Positions 26,521 to 35,477 are shown, counted from the stretch's first letter. The stretch: 38,416 bases of DNA from a virus (IMGVR_UViG_3300012359_000001:1-38416); one strand, 5' to 3'. Notes: generated by a model from the sequence alone, not told the origin. Numbers and translations are program-made.

Positions 26521-26898
26521 ATGACCAAAGCGAACGAAATTGCATCGAAGTTTTTAGTGCAGGCACTCGACCATGCCAAAGAGCGTCTGGTCTTTTGGAT
26601 TGAGGATAACAATCTGAACATCATTGATGATGTGTGTTCCTTCGGCCTTGTCTCTAATCTCCTTACTGCAAAGCAGGGAGATTGGATTGAGAATGTGATC
26701 AAGGCGACACCAGGGTTTCGCAACAAAGAGATCTTTTGTACGTTCGATGGTGAGAGAGTCGGAACGTGGAAGTTGAGGGAGTTCAACTATCACCTCTACA
26801 TCGACTTTGAATTAAGTGTGGAGTTTGTAACCCGATACCTGCAAGTCGATCCTGAGATTGTGGCAACTGCAAGAAGGGAGAGCAAGTATGCAGTCTAA
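26521..26898 (+). CDS. Hypothetical protein
   Basis: ORF track, start trimmed to MTKANE. Confidence 0.6.
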   Translation: MTKANEIASKFLVQALDHAKERLVFWIEDNNLNIIDDVCSFGLVSNLLTAKQGDWIENVIKATPGFRNKEIFCTFDGERVGTWKLREFNYHLYIDFELSVEFVTRYLQVDPEIVATARRESKYAV

Positions 26899-27241
26899 CT
26901 ATCAAGAGAGTTACGCTGCTGGTGTGCAGTACGGCAAAAACTACCGCCGTACATACCGCACATGGTCAAGCGATACAGGAGTAGCGCGTAGAGCCACTGA
27001 CGCGATCATGGGTGCTTATGATTACTCAGGCTTCTTCAATGGTGTTATTAAAGGGTTGCAGCCGCTTTGTTCTCAGGACTTTGACCGTGTGTTTAAGCAA
27101 AATGAACAGAGCGCCTCTTACAAGGCACAGGCACTTCTGAATGGAGCAAGGTTGCAGGTTGCCACTCAAGACGCAACACACTATGACGCGACGCTTGAGC
27201 ACTGGCAGAAGATAGGCGCACTGCTTGTGGTTGCGTCGTGA
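26888..27241 (+). CDS. Hypothetical protein
   Basis: GGGAG RBS before MQSNYQ. Confidence 0.6.
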   Translation: MQSNYQESYAAGVQYGKNYRRTYRTWSSDTGVARRATDAIMGAYDYSGFFNGVIKGLQPLCSQDFDRVFKQNEQSASYKAQALLNGARLQVATQDATHYDATLEHWQKIGALLVVAS

Positions 27242-27504
27242 AAGACTATACCACAAGCGAGGTTGCTATCATTCTCGGCATGCAACCCGAAACAATCACA
27301 CGGTACGTCAAGCGGGGAGTGATTGAAGGTGTCAAGCGAGGACGTGACTATTTTGTCACTCAGCAGACGCTAGAAGCGTACCAGCAAAAACGACGACGTG
27401 CAGAGAGAGCCAGGAAAATGCATGCTGAAGGTATCTCTGCTCAAGAGATTTGTAAAGTATTGAAGATAGCAGAAGGTACCTTGTATCGGTACCTGAAAGG
27501 ATAA
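27238..27504 (+). CDS. Double-HTH protein (excisionase-like HTH plus Hin-type HTH)
   Basis: YTTSEVAIILGMQPETITRYVKRG; ISAQEICKVLKIAEGTLYRYL. Confidence 0.8.
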   Translation: MKDYTTSEVAIILGMQPETITRYVKRGVIEGVKRGRDYFVTQQTLEAYQQKRRRAERARKMHAEGISAQEICKVLKIAEGTLYRYLKG

Positions 27505-27510
27505 ATAATC

Positions 27511-28542
27511 ATGAAAACAATCACACTGCTGTATGCCAGTGAGGATGCATCCTACGCACAGCAACTAGAGCGTCAACTACTTCACGCAACCAATCGCACG
27601 GTACGCATCCGTCATAATGATGGTTCTATCCCTGGCAACGAGATCGCGCAAGCCTGGAATGAGAGTCTGTACGGTTCACATCTTTTCGTTGTGCTGGTGA
27701 GTGCCGATCTCTCCAATGCAACAAAGAAGTTAGCCTATATACAGCAAGCGAACACACTAGCACCTGATCGAATAGTAGCCGTTTACTTGCGTCCCTGTTG
27801 GATTGAGGGAGGGAGATTTGAAGGGATAGCAGTCATGCCCTCAAAGCCGATCACCTCTTACTCAGGGTATGCCAAAGAAGAGGCGTGGGTACACATCGTA
27901 CAACACATCATCGGCATGGTTGCACAAGTGAATGATAGTGATTTGCCAATACGACCCGTAACTAGAAGGGATCAGGTATCTTCTTCTCCCGCAAAACAAC
28001 ACCCCTGGCAACGAATGCAAGAACCAGTTGAGGTGTGCGTGCAAAAGAATAGAACCGTTGAGAAGAAGGTAGAGCCAATTGTGTTTAAGCCTGAGCGAGA
28101 AGTACAGGAGTGGGATTGCACCTTGCTCTATGCATCTCAGGACGAGCGGTGGATACCTCTTGTTGAGCGTACATTACGGGTACTACAGCGTGGTATCAAA
28201 ATACGGTTCACTATTCTAAAACCAGCAGACGTTGAACAAGCAATAGAACAAGTACAGCACTCACGCCTCACATTAGCACTGCTTTCACCCGACTTTCTTG
28301 CTTCTGATTGGATGGAGCATTACAAATACCTTAGCATGTTACTAGAGAGGAAGGAACAGGTCATCGTTCCAGTAAAGTTACGCGATTGCCAATGGACAAG
28401 GACTGTGAGCGTGCCACGTCAGGGAGCCATAGGCAAAACAGGCAATGATGCTCTATGGAGTGAAGTATCTCAGGAGATCATAGCGGTATTGCGTAAGAAC
28501 AACCCTGACGATATCCCACCTGCTAATCCGTATTCCAGATAG
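27511..28542 (+). CDS. Tandem TIR-like domain protein
   Basis: Two LLYAS.D starts; LLSPDFLASDW and VIVPVKLRDCQW are typical of bacterial TIR_2. Confidence 0.75.
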   Translation: MKTITLLYASEDASYAQQLERQLLHATNRTVRIRHNDGSIPGNEIAQAWNESLYGSHLFVVLVSADLSNATKKLAYIQQANTLAPDRIVAVYLRPCWIEGGRFEGIAVMPSKPITSYSGYAKEEAWVHIVQHIIGMVAQVNDSDLPIRPVTRRDQVSSSPAKQHPWQRMQEPVEVCVQKNRTVEKKVEPIVFKPEREVQEWDCTLLYASQDERWIPLVERTLRVLQRGIKIRFTILKPADVEQAIEQVQHSRLTLALLSPDFLASDWMEHYKYLSMLLERKEQVIVPVKLRDCQWTRTVSVPRQGAIGKTGNDALWSEVSQEIIAVLRKNNPDDIPPANPYSR

Positions 28543-28580
28543 CAGCAAGAGAGAGTGACATCAAACACCGCTCTCTCTTA

Positions 28581-28904
28581 TTATTTTGCTGCAACATCCC
28601 ATATCCCTAACAGAAACGGCTCAGTACCCCCAGAATACGCAACCCACACTCGTACCTCATACATCCCCGCGCTAGCAGTGTCGGCAACCGATGGTGCAAA
28701 CGTGATCGTTCCATTATTCGGTTCTCCTACAATCTGCACAGTGCCGGTCATGGTACGCTCAACACCGCTAGACACATTTTTCATCGTGAGCGTGATACTA
28801 CTGGCAAGGATAGTGGTCAGGTCAATGGATGCGCCGCTATCATCAACAAGCGGAATAGTCCATACAGGTATTTGTTGTGTCGTGAGCCACGGATTAATTG
28901 GCAT
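28581..28904 (-). CDS. BppU-like Ig-fold tail/baseplate protein
   Basis: IDLT..SITLTM..NGTITF..DTASAGMYEV pattern. Confidence 0.65.
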   Translation of the reverse strand: MPINPWLTTQQIPVWTIPLVDDSGASIDLTTILASSITLTMKNVSSGVERTMTGTVQIVGEPNNGTITFAPSVADTASAGMYEVRVWVAYSGGTEPFLLGIWDVAAK

Positions 28905-28908
28905 ACGG

Positions 28909-31242
28909 TTAGTTTCCCCTTCCTGTAACTACTGCATCCCTGCCTATCGCTTCTCCTGAGCCTGATGGTGCTACACCGATTACATGTGCATCCTTGCCTA
29001 TTGCTCCTACAGAGGTGTGAGGTGTCCGATCTGGCTGCAAACAAAACCTGCTCATGGCATCATGCCCGATCACACCCGATTTTTGAGCAAAGAGTAGAGA
29101 GACATTCAGGGAGAGTGAGAATGATTGCAGACCTAGCCTGAGTGCGATAGTGTGAACCGACGTATCGAGCAAACGAAATCGTGTAAGCGCATTGACTGAT
29201 CGTGCTATCGCCTGCTGTAAACAAAACCGTGTGAGACTGTCCAGGGATTGAAGCGCAGACTGAAGACGGTACCGTGCTACGAGGTCATACGGATGGACAC
29301 TTGATTGTTGTCTATAGCGAAGTTGACCATCCCGCTGTGTTTCTGCAAGTTGTCGAAACCGTGCAGCAAGTGAGAGCAATTGAAGAGACGACTGCACACG
29401 AAATCGGGCGATCAGGTCATGGAACGAGGTACCCGATTGCATACCGAGACGAACCTGAATATCCTGCAAGAGAAGGGCAGATTGTAAACGATAGCGAGAA
29501 GCAATACTTCCACTCGTCGCAACAAGTAATCTGAAGCGCGCAATGAAGTCCAGCGTCTTGACCAGTCTGAACCGTGCGAGAACATCTGATGCTTTGACCA
29601 ATGAGAAACGAGCAATCAGGTCATGCAACGTGTCGCCCGACTGCACACGAAATCGAGCTTGCACATCCTGTAGAGTTTGAACGGACTGCACACGAAATCG
29701 GGCGGCGAAGTCAAGCGCCTGTACCACTCTGAACCGTAGGAGCGCATCAAGTGATTTGACTAACCTGAACCTGCTGACAAGGGTATGATAGGTGTCCCCT
29801 GACTGTTGACGAAATCGCGTGAGTGCATCAATCACCACCTGATTGACCACTTGTAGTCTAAATCTACTGACGAGATCGTGATAGGCCGTACCACTCTGCA
29901 AAGAGAACCGTGTGAGCGTATCTGTCAGGCGCGTGATGACCAATGAGAAACGAGCAACTACATCATGTAAGGTTGCACCGCTCTGCTGTCGAAATCGGCT
30001 TACAACGTCTCTATTCTGTATAGCAGATTGAACACGAAAACGAGCAACCAGATCGTGGAAGGTGCCACCTGACTGTACTCTGAAGCGTGCTTGCAAGTCT
30101 CCTGTCTTCACTAGTGAGAAGCGTAAGAGGGCATCCAGGGACTTGACGAGTCTGTAGCGCGCTACAAGATCGTGATAGGCCGTACCACTCTGAAGACGAT
30201 ATCTTGCAAGCGCATCCTTGAATTGAAGTGCAGACTGTAACCGGTACCGTTGAGCAAGATTAAGGGTGGCAGTAGCGAGTAACCGGTATCTGGCTTGTAC
30301 ATCGTGATTAATGACACCACTCTGTTGCCTGAACCGAGCGATGAAGTCCAGTGTCTTGACTAAGCGGAACCGCGCAAGGAAGTCTAGTGATTTGACGAGT
30401 CTGTAGCGTGCTACGAGATCGTGATTGAGCACTCCTGATTGCTGTCGAAATCTGGCAACTGCATTGACACTCTTTGCAACAAGCAAACGGTACCGTGCCT
30501 GGACATCATGATTGAGTACTCCACTCTGTTGCCTGAACCGTGCTTGCAGGTCATGATTAATGACACCACTCTGCACCCTGAAACGCGAAATTGCATTGAC
30601 ACTCTTGGAGACAAGTAATCTGAAGCGTGAACCGATGTCGTTGTAGTTGACTGCATCTGTGATCGTGAGGCTATCAAAGTCCCAGGTGCCTGATGTCGCT
30701 GTTGCATTTATAGTGATACCAAACCCACCCGCTCCTGTGATACTGCCATCCGTTCCGCTCACACTCCAACTTGTGGGTTCAGTGTTCCCGTCGAGCCAGA
30801 TTTTACACCCCAGAAATGTCCCGACTGCTCTGAAGCGTATCCAGTAAAATGAGCCAGTGGTAATAGTCAGGGATGTCGTGAACAAGTCGGTATTGGTGCC
30901 GGTTACAACCTTACTGATAGCAATACCGATAGTGGAGTTATTGGCTGATAGGCGTCCCATGTAGTACGTATTCGTTGCGGTTTGTCGTAGAGAGATACCA
31001 GCTCGTGTAACAACCGAAGAATTAACCTTGACGCGTACCAGACCTTCAGCATTCGCGCTTGTAGTTGATCCCAGTTGGATGTTAGCGGCAGCAGAGATGC
31101 CCGTTGCATGCAGTTCATTGGACGCGATGGAGAGCGTAGGAGACCCTTGTGTCGTGGCCCAGGTATCCCCGCCTGATGACGTGCCCCATCCTGATTGATT
31201 TGCGCGTGTCCCTGTATCGCTACCGATTGTTTTTGTGCTCAT
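28909..31242 (-). CDS. Putative tail fibre-like protein: N-terminal lectin-like beta domain plus about 37 R[FY]R repeats
   Basis: Repeats read directly from the translation; position in tail cluster. Confidence 0.85.
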   Translation of the reverse strand: MSTKTIGSDTGTRANQSGWGTSSGGDTWATTQGSPTLSIASNELHATGISAAANIQLGSTTSANAEGLVRVKVNSSVVTRAGISLRQTATNTYYMGRLSANNSTIGIAISKVVTGTNTDLFTTSLTITTGSFYWIRFRAVGTFLGCKIWLDGNTEPTSWSVSGTDGSITGAGGFGITINATATSGTWDFDSLTITDAVNYNDIGSRFRLLVSKSVNAISRFRVQSGVINHDLQARFRQQSGVLNHDVQARYRLLVAKSVNAVARFRQQSGVLNHDLVARYRLVKSLDFLARFRLVKTLDFIARFRQQSGVINHDVQARYRLLATATLNLAQRYRLQSALQFKDALARYRLQSGTAYHDLVARYRLVKSLDALLRFSLVKTGDLQARFRVQSGGTFHDLVARFRVQSAIQNRDVVSRFRQQSGATLHDVVARFSLVITRLTDTLTRFSLQSGTAYHDLVSRFRLQVVNQVVIDALTRFRQQSGDTYHTLVSRFRLVKSLDALLRFRVVQALDFAARFRVQSVQTLQDVQARFRVQSGDTLHDLIARFSLVKASDVLARFRLVKTLDFIARFRLLVATSGSIASRYRLQSALLLQDIQVRLGMQSGTSFHDLIARFRVQSSLQLLSLAARFRQLAETQRDGQLRYRQQSSVHPYDLVARYRLQSALQSLDSLTRFCLQQAIARSVNALTRFRLLDTSVHTIALRLGLQSFSLSLNVSLLFAQKSGVIGHDAMSRFCLQPDRTPHTSVGAIGKDAHVIGVAPSGSGEAIGRDAVVTGRGN
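29030..30645 (-). repeat. Coding repeat array of 12/14/15/16-aa units
   Basis: e.g. ARFRQQSGVLNHDLV, ARFRLVKTLDFI; dispersed identical DNA blocks such as AGATCGTGATAGGCCGTACCACTCTG. Confidence 0.95.
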
Positions 31243-31245
31243 TGG

Positions 31246-31734
31246 CTACAACCTCAAACCGAGCACATCAGCACTCAACCGACCAAGTGGCAAGACACCT
31301 GCACGCCATGCACCGAACGCATACACGGAAGAGTGAAAGAGGATAAGGCCGAGTTGCCTATCCCAGATGTAGCAATCACACGCCCCGCTCAATTTATCCA
31401 TTACTTTGCCAATGAGATGAGACTGTACTGTTCTCATGCCTGTCATGGTACCGAGACTGGCAATCTTGAGTTGAAACACGGTTCCAGGTTCTTCTATCGC
31501 AAGTGAGGCGATTTGCCCATTAGGACAGTGAAGTGACACTTCTTTGATCTTGTAGATATCCCCTGTTGACACGACATCCAAACTCCAATCAATTGGGCGT
31601 AACCCTCCATAAGCTATACCAAAGACCACATCCCGTTCTGTGATCACTCTGCTTGTTGAGAGCGTGCATGTCCAATAGGAATGTGTCGGATCGGTGACAG
31701 TACTGATAGCCGTGAGACTTGACCTGATACCCAT
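31246..31734 (-). CDS. Hypothetical protein in tail region
   Basis: GAGGTG RBS; co-oriented and tightly spaced with tail genes. Confidence 0.7.
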   Translation of the reverse strand: MGIRSSLTAISTVTDPTHSYWTCTLSTSRVITERDVVFGIAYGGLRPIDWSLDVVSTGDIYKIKEVSLHCPNGQIASLAIEEPGTVFQLKIASLGTMTGMRTVQSHLIGKVMDKLSGACDCYIWDRQLGLILFHSSVYAFGAWRAGVLPLGRLSADVLGLRL

Positions 31735-31740
31735 TCATTG

Positions 31741-31763
31741 CACCTCATAAAAATTATGAGGTG
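31741..31763. repeat. 10-bp hairpin at the left edge of the HNH cassette
   Basis: CACCTCATAA-AAA-TTATGAGGTG; covers the RBS of 31246..31734. Confidence 0.85.
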
Positions 31764-31776
31764 ATAGGGGATAAAC

Positions 31777-31805
31777 TTGCTTTACAAGTGGGTTTGTGGT
31801 ATACT
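31777..31805 (+). promoter_or_regulatory. Promoter of the HNH gene
   Basis: TTGCTT-N17-TATACT with TGn. Confidence 0.6.
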
Positions 31806-31890
31806 TGAGTGGTAATAAATGTTCAGCCTGAAAGGTGCTATCAACACCAATCAGACCTAAGCGACGTATCTGAATTGGAGACACGAAGCT

Positions 31891-32745
31891 ATGACCAAAG
31901 TATACCACATTATCCAACTGAGTCTCATCCCCCTTACTACTCCTACACGCATCTGTAAGACATGTGGAATTGATCAACCTCTGGAAGAAAACTTTCACAA
32001 GCAAATGGTAAGAGGCAAACTTATGTATAGGGTACATTGCAAAGTTTGCCGATCTAAAAAAGCAAAAGCCCTTCCACCTCGTCAAGAATGGGTAGAAGTT
32101 ACTTCTAAAGTTTGCCTGACATGTGATCCTCCAACCGAAAAACCTATCAGTGAATTTGCATTGAACAAAAGCAGTCGAGATGGGCATTGCTGGAAATGCA
32201 GAGTATGTCAGAGCAAATGGGCAACTAGTGAGGAGCAAAAAGCAAAAGCGCGCGAACGATTGCGTAGGAATAACCTTGATCCTGAGTTCCGACGTGCGAC
32301 ACAAGAGGGACAAAAAGCGTGGAGACAGCGAAATATTGAAAAATTGCGTATTCAGTGGCGTGAAAAATATGCAAATGACCCTGAGTATGCAGCACGTATG
32401 CGTAAACATGCACGGAAGTGGATTGAAGAACACCAGGATGAAATGAATGCCCACCAGCAAAAACGCAAAGCAATATTGCGCGGAGTAGAGGCAGAAGTTG
32501 TAGACTACCAGGAAGTTTTGAAATACTACGGACCCTGGTGTTACATCTGTGAGTCTCAAATCCTTGTGTCCCATAAACTTGAGTTCGATCATGTAGTACC
32601 ACTCATTCCACGTACTGGTGATCCACAGGGAACACATACATTTTCCAATATTCGCCCAACCCATAAGATTTGCAATGCACGCAAGACAAATAGACGTCTT
32701 GAAGACATGACTCCTTTTGATCGTCGCGGTCCCGATGTCTCTTAA
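31891..32745 (+). CDS. Free-standing HNH endonuclease with two N-terminal zinc-binding repeats
   Basis: CKTC..HCKVC and CLTC..KCRVC repeats; CYIC..FDHVVP..N..TH..CN HNH motif. Confidence 0.9.
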   Translation: MTKVYHIIQLSLIPLTTPTRICKTCGIDQPLEENFHKQMVRGKLMYRVHCKVCRSKKAKALPPRQEWVEVTSKVCLTCDPPTEKPISEFALNKSSRDGHCWKCRVCQSKWATSEEQKAKARERLRRNNLDPEFRRATQEGQKAWRQRNIEKLRIQWREKYANDPEYAARMRKHARKWIEEHQDEMNAHQQKRKAILRGVEAEVVDYQEVLKYYGPWCYICESQILVSHKLEFDHVVPLIPRTGDPQGTHTFSNIRPTHKICNARKTNRRLEDMTPFDRRGPDVS

Positions 32746-32751
32746 CTAACA

Positions 32752-32790
32752 TTACTCTTATTCGTAGAATAATTCTACGAATAAGAGTAA
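32752..32790. terminator. 19-bp perfect inverted repeat between convergent genes
   Basis: TTACTCTTATTCGTAGAAT-A-ATTCTACGAATAAGAGTAA; one arm includes the last codons of 32775..33509. Confidence 0.7.
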
Positions 32791-33509
32791 GACCATACGA
32801 TTACAGGTAACATCGCCGAACTTGTAGACATGTTCGGACCAGTCCACAAGGATAACGAGAAATATGCTCTATTTGCTGTAGTAGCAGCAGGAGTAGTACG
32901 AGCGGTTATAAACTGCACAGAACCTTGCAGACTTTGCCACGTAGTCAGCCATGCCGCCGAACCTGGACTCACGCTACCAGCGGTACCCGACGTGACCAAC
33001 AAGGTTGTACCCGCCGCGCCTGCACTTAAGTTTGCCGTTTGGAACGTATCGAATAGGTTTCCCTTCAGGTAGGAGGTGCTTGATGTATCAGTGGCATGCC
33101 CGTTAATGATCGGTGATCCGCTTTCCGTTCCAGGTTGCGTACCAGCAGAAGGAGCGGCATGTGTCGTGTCTGAGTAAGCAGTGAGGCTAGGAGCCGCCGC
33201 ATACGTTCCCAGATTATCCCAATCTATCCTAAAGACGTTGGAATTTGTCTTATCCCCGTCATAGGTTCCTACCTTCACACCGGTAGTATTTGCGGAGAAT
33301 GCCCAACACTCTACAACTTTTTGTGTACTTCCAGGTCGGGTATACAGGGGCCATGATGCCGATGCGGTACTGCCTGCACCTGCACCTGATGATGCAAAGC
33401 GGTACTCGTTTGCTCCCGCCGAACCCGAAAACGCGATACTCGCCCAGGTTCCAGGTGATGCATCTGTTCCTGGTGCATACTGCGATTGCAAGGTAGTAAA
33501 GTCCGAAAT
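32775..33509 (-). CDS. Ser/Thr/Ala/Gly-rich putative virion protein; probable ATT start
   Basis: GAGG is 8 nt before in-frame ATT (MSDFTTLQSQY); ORF track uses TTG 33491. Confidence 0.75.
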   Translation of the reverse strand: MSDFTTLQSQYAPGTDASPGTWASIAFSGSAGANEYRFASSGAGAGSTASASWPLYTRPGSTQKVVECWAFSANTTGVKVGTYDGDKTNSNVFRIDWDNLGTYAAAPSLTAYSDTTHAAPSAGTQPGTESGSPIINGHATDTSSTSYLKGNLFDTFQTANLSAGAAGTTLLVTSGTAGSVSPGSAAWLTTWQSLQGSVQFITARTTPAATTANRAYFSLSLWTGPNMSTSSAMLPVIVWSYSYS

Positions 33510-33672
33510 TTTATTTTCCTCATTTCTTCTACAGAACCGTCTTATATGCTCGTTCTGTGATATAGCTATATTAACTTCTATTGCAGGTTATCTATCTATC
33601 ACGCACTACCGTACAACAGTAAGATCGGCTGTTTGTCTCTCTTTTTCAGCATACACCCAGACATAGATATTT

Positions 33673-33855
33673 TTAATGTACTAACCTGAGCACCAGAAAC
33701 ACAATGTCAAGCACAATCGTTATAACGGTAATAATGACCATAATGATGTTGAGCACATTACTTCGTGTACCCTGATACGTCCCGCTTGCAGGCCATAACG
33801 CAATCACAAAGAGATTGAGAATGACGAGAAACTCGAAGTCGAGTAATGAATGCAT
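33673..33855 (-). CDS. 60-aa two-TM membrane protein
   Basis: GAGG RBS before MHSLLD; two hydrophobic helices. Confidence 0.6.
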   Translation of the reverse strand: MHSLLDFEFLVILNLFVIALWPASGTYQGTRSNVLNIIMVIITVITIVLDIVFLVLRLVH

Positions 33856-34014
33856 ACTATCCTCACTTGCTTTCTTTCTTCTCAGTATAGTCTTCATGCC
33901 TACAAGATGAACACCTGACAACCAAACGTAAGTACATCTTGACAAAAGAGAATAAATGGTGTAAATAAAGGAATAGGCCATTTGAGACATATGTAGTATA
34001 AGAAAGGGAAATAC

Positions 34015-34239
34015 ATGAAATGTATCGTTAAGAGTACGGTGATCGACTGGCAAGAGAAAACAATGGAGGTTAAGACCGTGGATGGAGAGGCACATACTAT
34101 CCCGCTTGACACGACCATCACCGTTACGATGGTTGGCTATCCGGATCGTGAGCAGAAGACAATGCTAGCACGAGAGTTAGGGGAGTACATGGGTAAAGGG
34201 TACACGATTGAACAGATTGAACATGAGGAGAGCAGGTAA
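34015..34239 (+). CDS. Hypothetical protein
   Basis: AAGGG RBS; TTGACA at 33939. Confidence 0.65.
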   Translation: MKCIVKSTVIDWQEKTMEVKTVDGEAHTIPLDTTITVTMVGYPDREQKTMLARELGEYMGKGYTIEQIEHEESR

Positions 34240-34472
34240 TGAATAGTCATCTTTGCCATACTAGCGCACGGTGTGATCTTAATCAACCAATCAAGCGCTT
34301 GGATAAGAGAGAGGATCAAGCGACCGTTCACAACGTTAGGCAGATGAAAGATGGTATTGATCCTCTCGTCAAGTCAGACCATCGCTTCAGAGGCTTTACC
34401 AAAGATGAGCAAGGGCACCGTCACGGTGTCTACAGACTTATAGGAACAGTAATCTGGATTGAAGAACTATAG
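34239..34472 (+). CDS. Hypothetical protein
   Basis: TAATG overlap. Confidence 0.55.
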   Translation: MNSHLCHTSARCDLNQPIKRLDKREDQATVHNVRQMKDGIDPLVKSDHRFRGFTKDEQGHRHGVYRLIGTVIWIEEL

Positions 34473-34480
34473 GAGAGACA

Positions 34481-35422
34481 ATGAATAATCTAGAGCATGC
34501 ACTCAAGGCAATGAACGATTTTCAGACAGGTATGGAAGCGATACAGACCGGTACAGGAGAGTCAGCGAACGATATGAAAGAGATAGGTAATACTCTTTTG
34601 CGGCTGGCAACACCAGAAGTATCCGTACTCGACTTACCAATAGCAAAGTTACAGATTGTCCAGTCACATGATACCGTCGAATCAGACTGGCTCAAACGCG
34701 GGATGCTAGAACCAGCACTTGCGCAAAACACTGATGGGCTATGGGTACTCTCAGTCCGGAGACAGGGAGAGCATAGCAAATTCGAGATCCCCTTTATTGG
34801 AAGTGAAATCATCCTTGCTGATGCTGAGTTGGGACTCGTTGTTGTGCTTGTAGGCTATCATGGTTCATCTACTGAGAAGTATGGACGCCTGGGATACATG
34901 ACACAAAAAGGCCAGTTCTACCGCTACTACCGACAAGAGGCTAGCGGTGATTGGACTACGGTTGCATGGCGCAATCTCAACGACGAACTACGCTCATTCA
35001 TCATTTCAACGATAGAGGAGAGCGGACTCGCTTGGGCACGAAAACCAGGAAAGTTACAGGCAGAACGCAACTCGCCTACAGTGTACCCGACGATGACTAC
35101 CTACAAAGTAGTGAGGCTGATTGAGAAACGGTACTACTCGCTCTATGATCCAGCTCAGGAGTACGTGTTAGGGGAAAAGGTAAAAGAGCCTGTCAAGAAA
35201 CATCATGGAGGCGGGTTTTTCTCTTATCCAACTATCGAAATGGGGCAAAAGTACTTTGCTGATTGCCTCACATCCATCCCGTTTCATGCAGAAGTAGACA
35301 CATCACAACTTGCTTTGTTGGAAGTTGAAATTGGCGGTAAGTGCATTAATTACGGACATAAGATGTGCTCTACCTACCTACGCCCAATGAAGGTACTAGA
35401 GATACGGGATATCCAGAACTAG
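34481..35422 (+). CDS. Hypothetical protein
   Basis: 313 aa; GGAG RBS. Confidence 0.75.
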   Translation: MNNLEHALKAMNDFQTGMEAIQTGTGESANDMKEIGNTLLRLATPEVSVLDLPIAKLQIVQSHDTVESDWLKRGMLEPALAQNTDGLWVLSVRRQGEHSKFEIPFIGSEIILADAELGLVVVLVGYHGSSTEKYGRLGYMTQKGQFYRYYRQEASGDWTTVAWRNLNDELRSFIISTIEESGLAWARKPGKLQAERNSPTVYPTMTTYKVVRLIEKRYYSLYDPAQEYVLGEKVKEPVKKHHGGGFFSYPTIEMGQKYFADCLTSIPFHAEVDTSQLALLEVEIGGKCINYGHKMCSTYLRPMKVLEIRDIQN

Positions 35423-35432
35423 TTGGCACCAC

Positions 35433-35477
35433 TTGCAAATTGAGCACGTTTGCCTTATACTGAGAACAAGCGTGCTC
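35433..35477 (+). promoter_or_regulatory. Promoter of the tRNA-like RNA, with inverted repeat flanking -10
   Basis: TTGCAA-N17-TATACT (35433-35461); GAGCACG (35442-35448)/CGTGCTC (35471-35477). Confidence 0.7.

Noticed and set aside
28555-28959. 134-aa plus-strand ORF
   Set aside because: Antisense to the BppU-like gene and has no motif.
29030-30645. Diversity-generating retroelement TR/VR pair
   Set aside because: No reverse transcriptase in the window, and differences between repeats are not adenine-specific.
31735-32664. 309-aa minus-strand ORF
   Set aside because: Antisense shadow of the HNH gene; Phe/Cys-rich composition is typical of reversed Lys/Glu codons.
33871-33880. Self-target of the mini-array spacer
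   Set aside because: Only a 10-nt low-complexity match (TTTCTTTCTT); flanks disagree.
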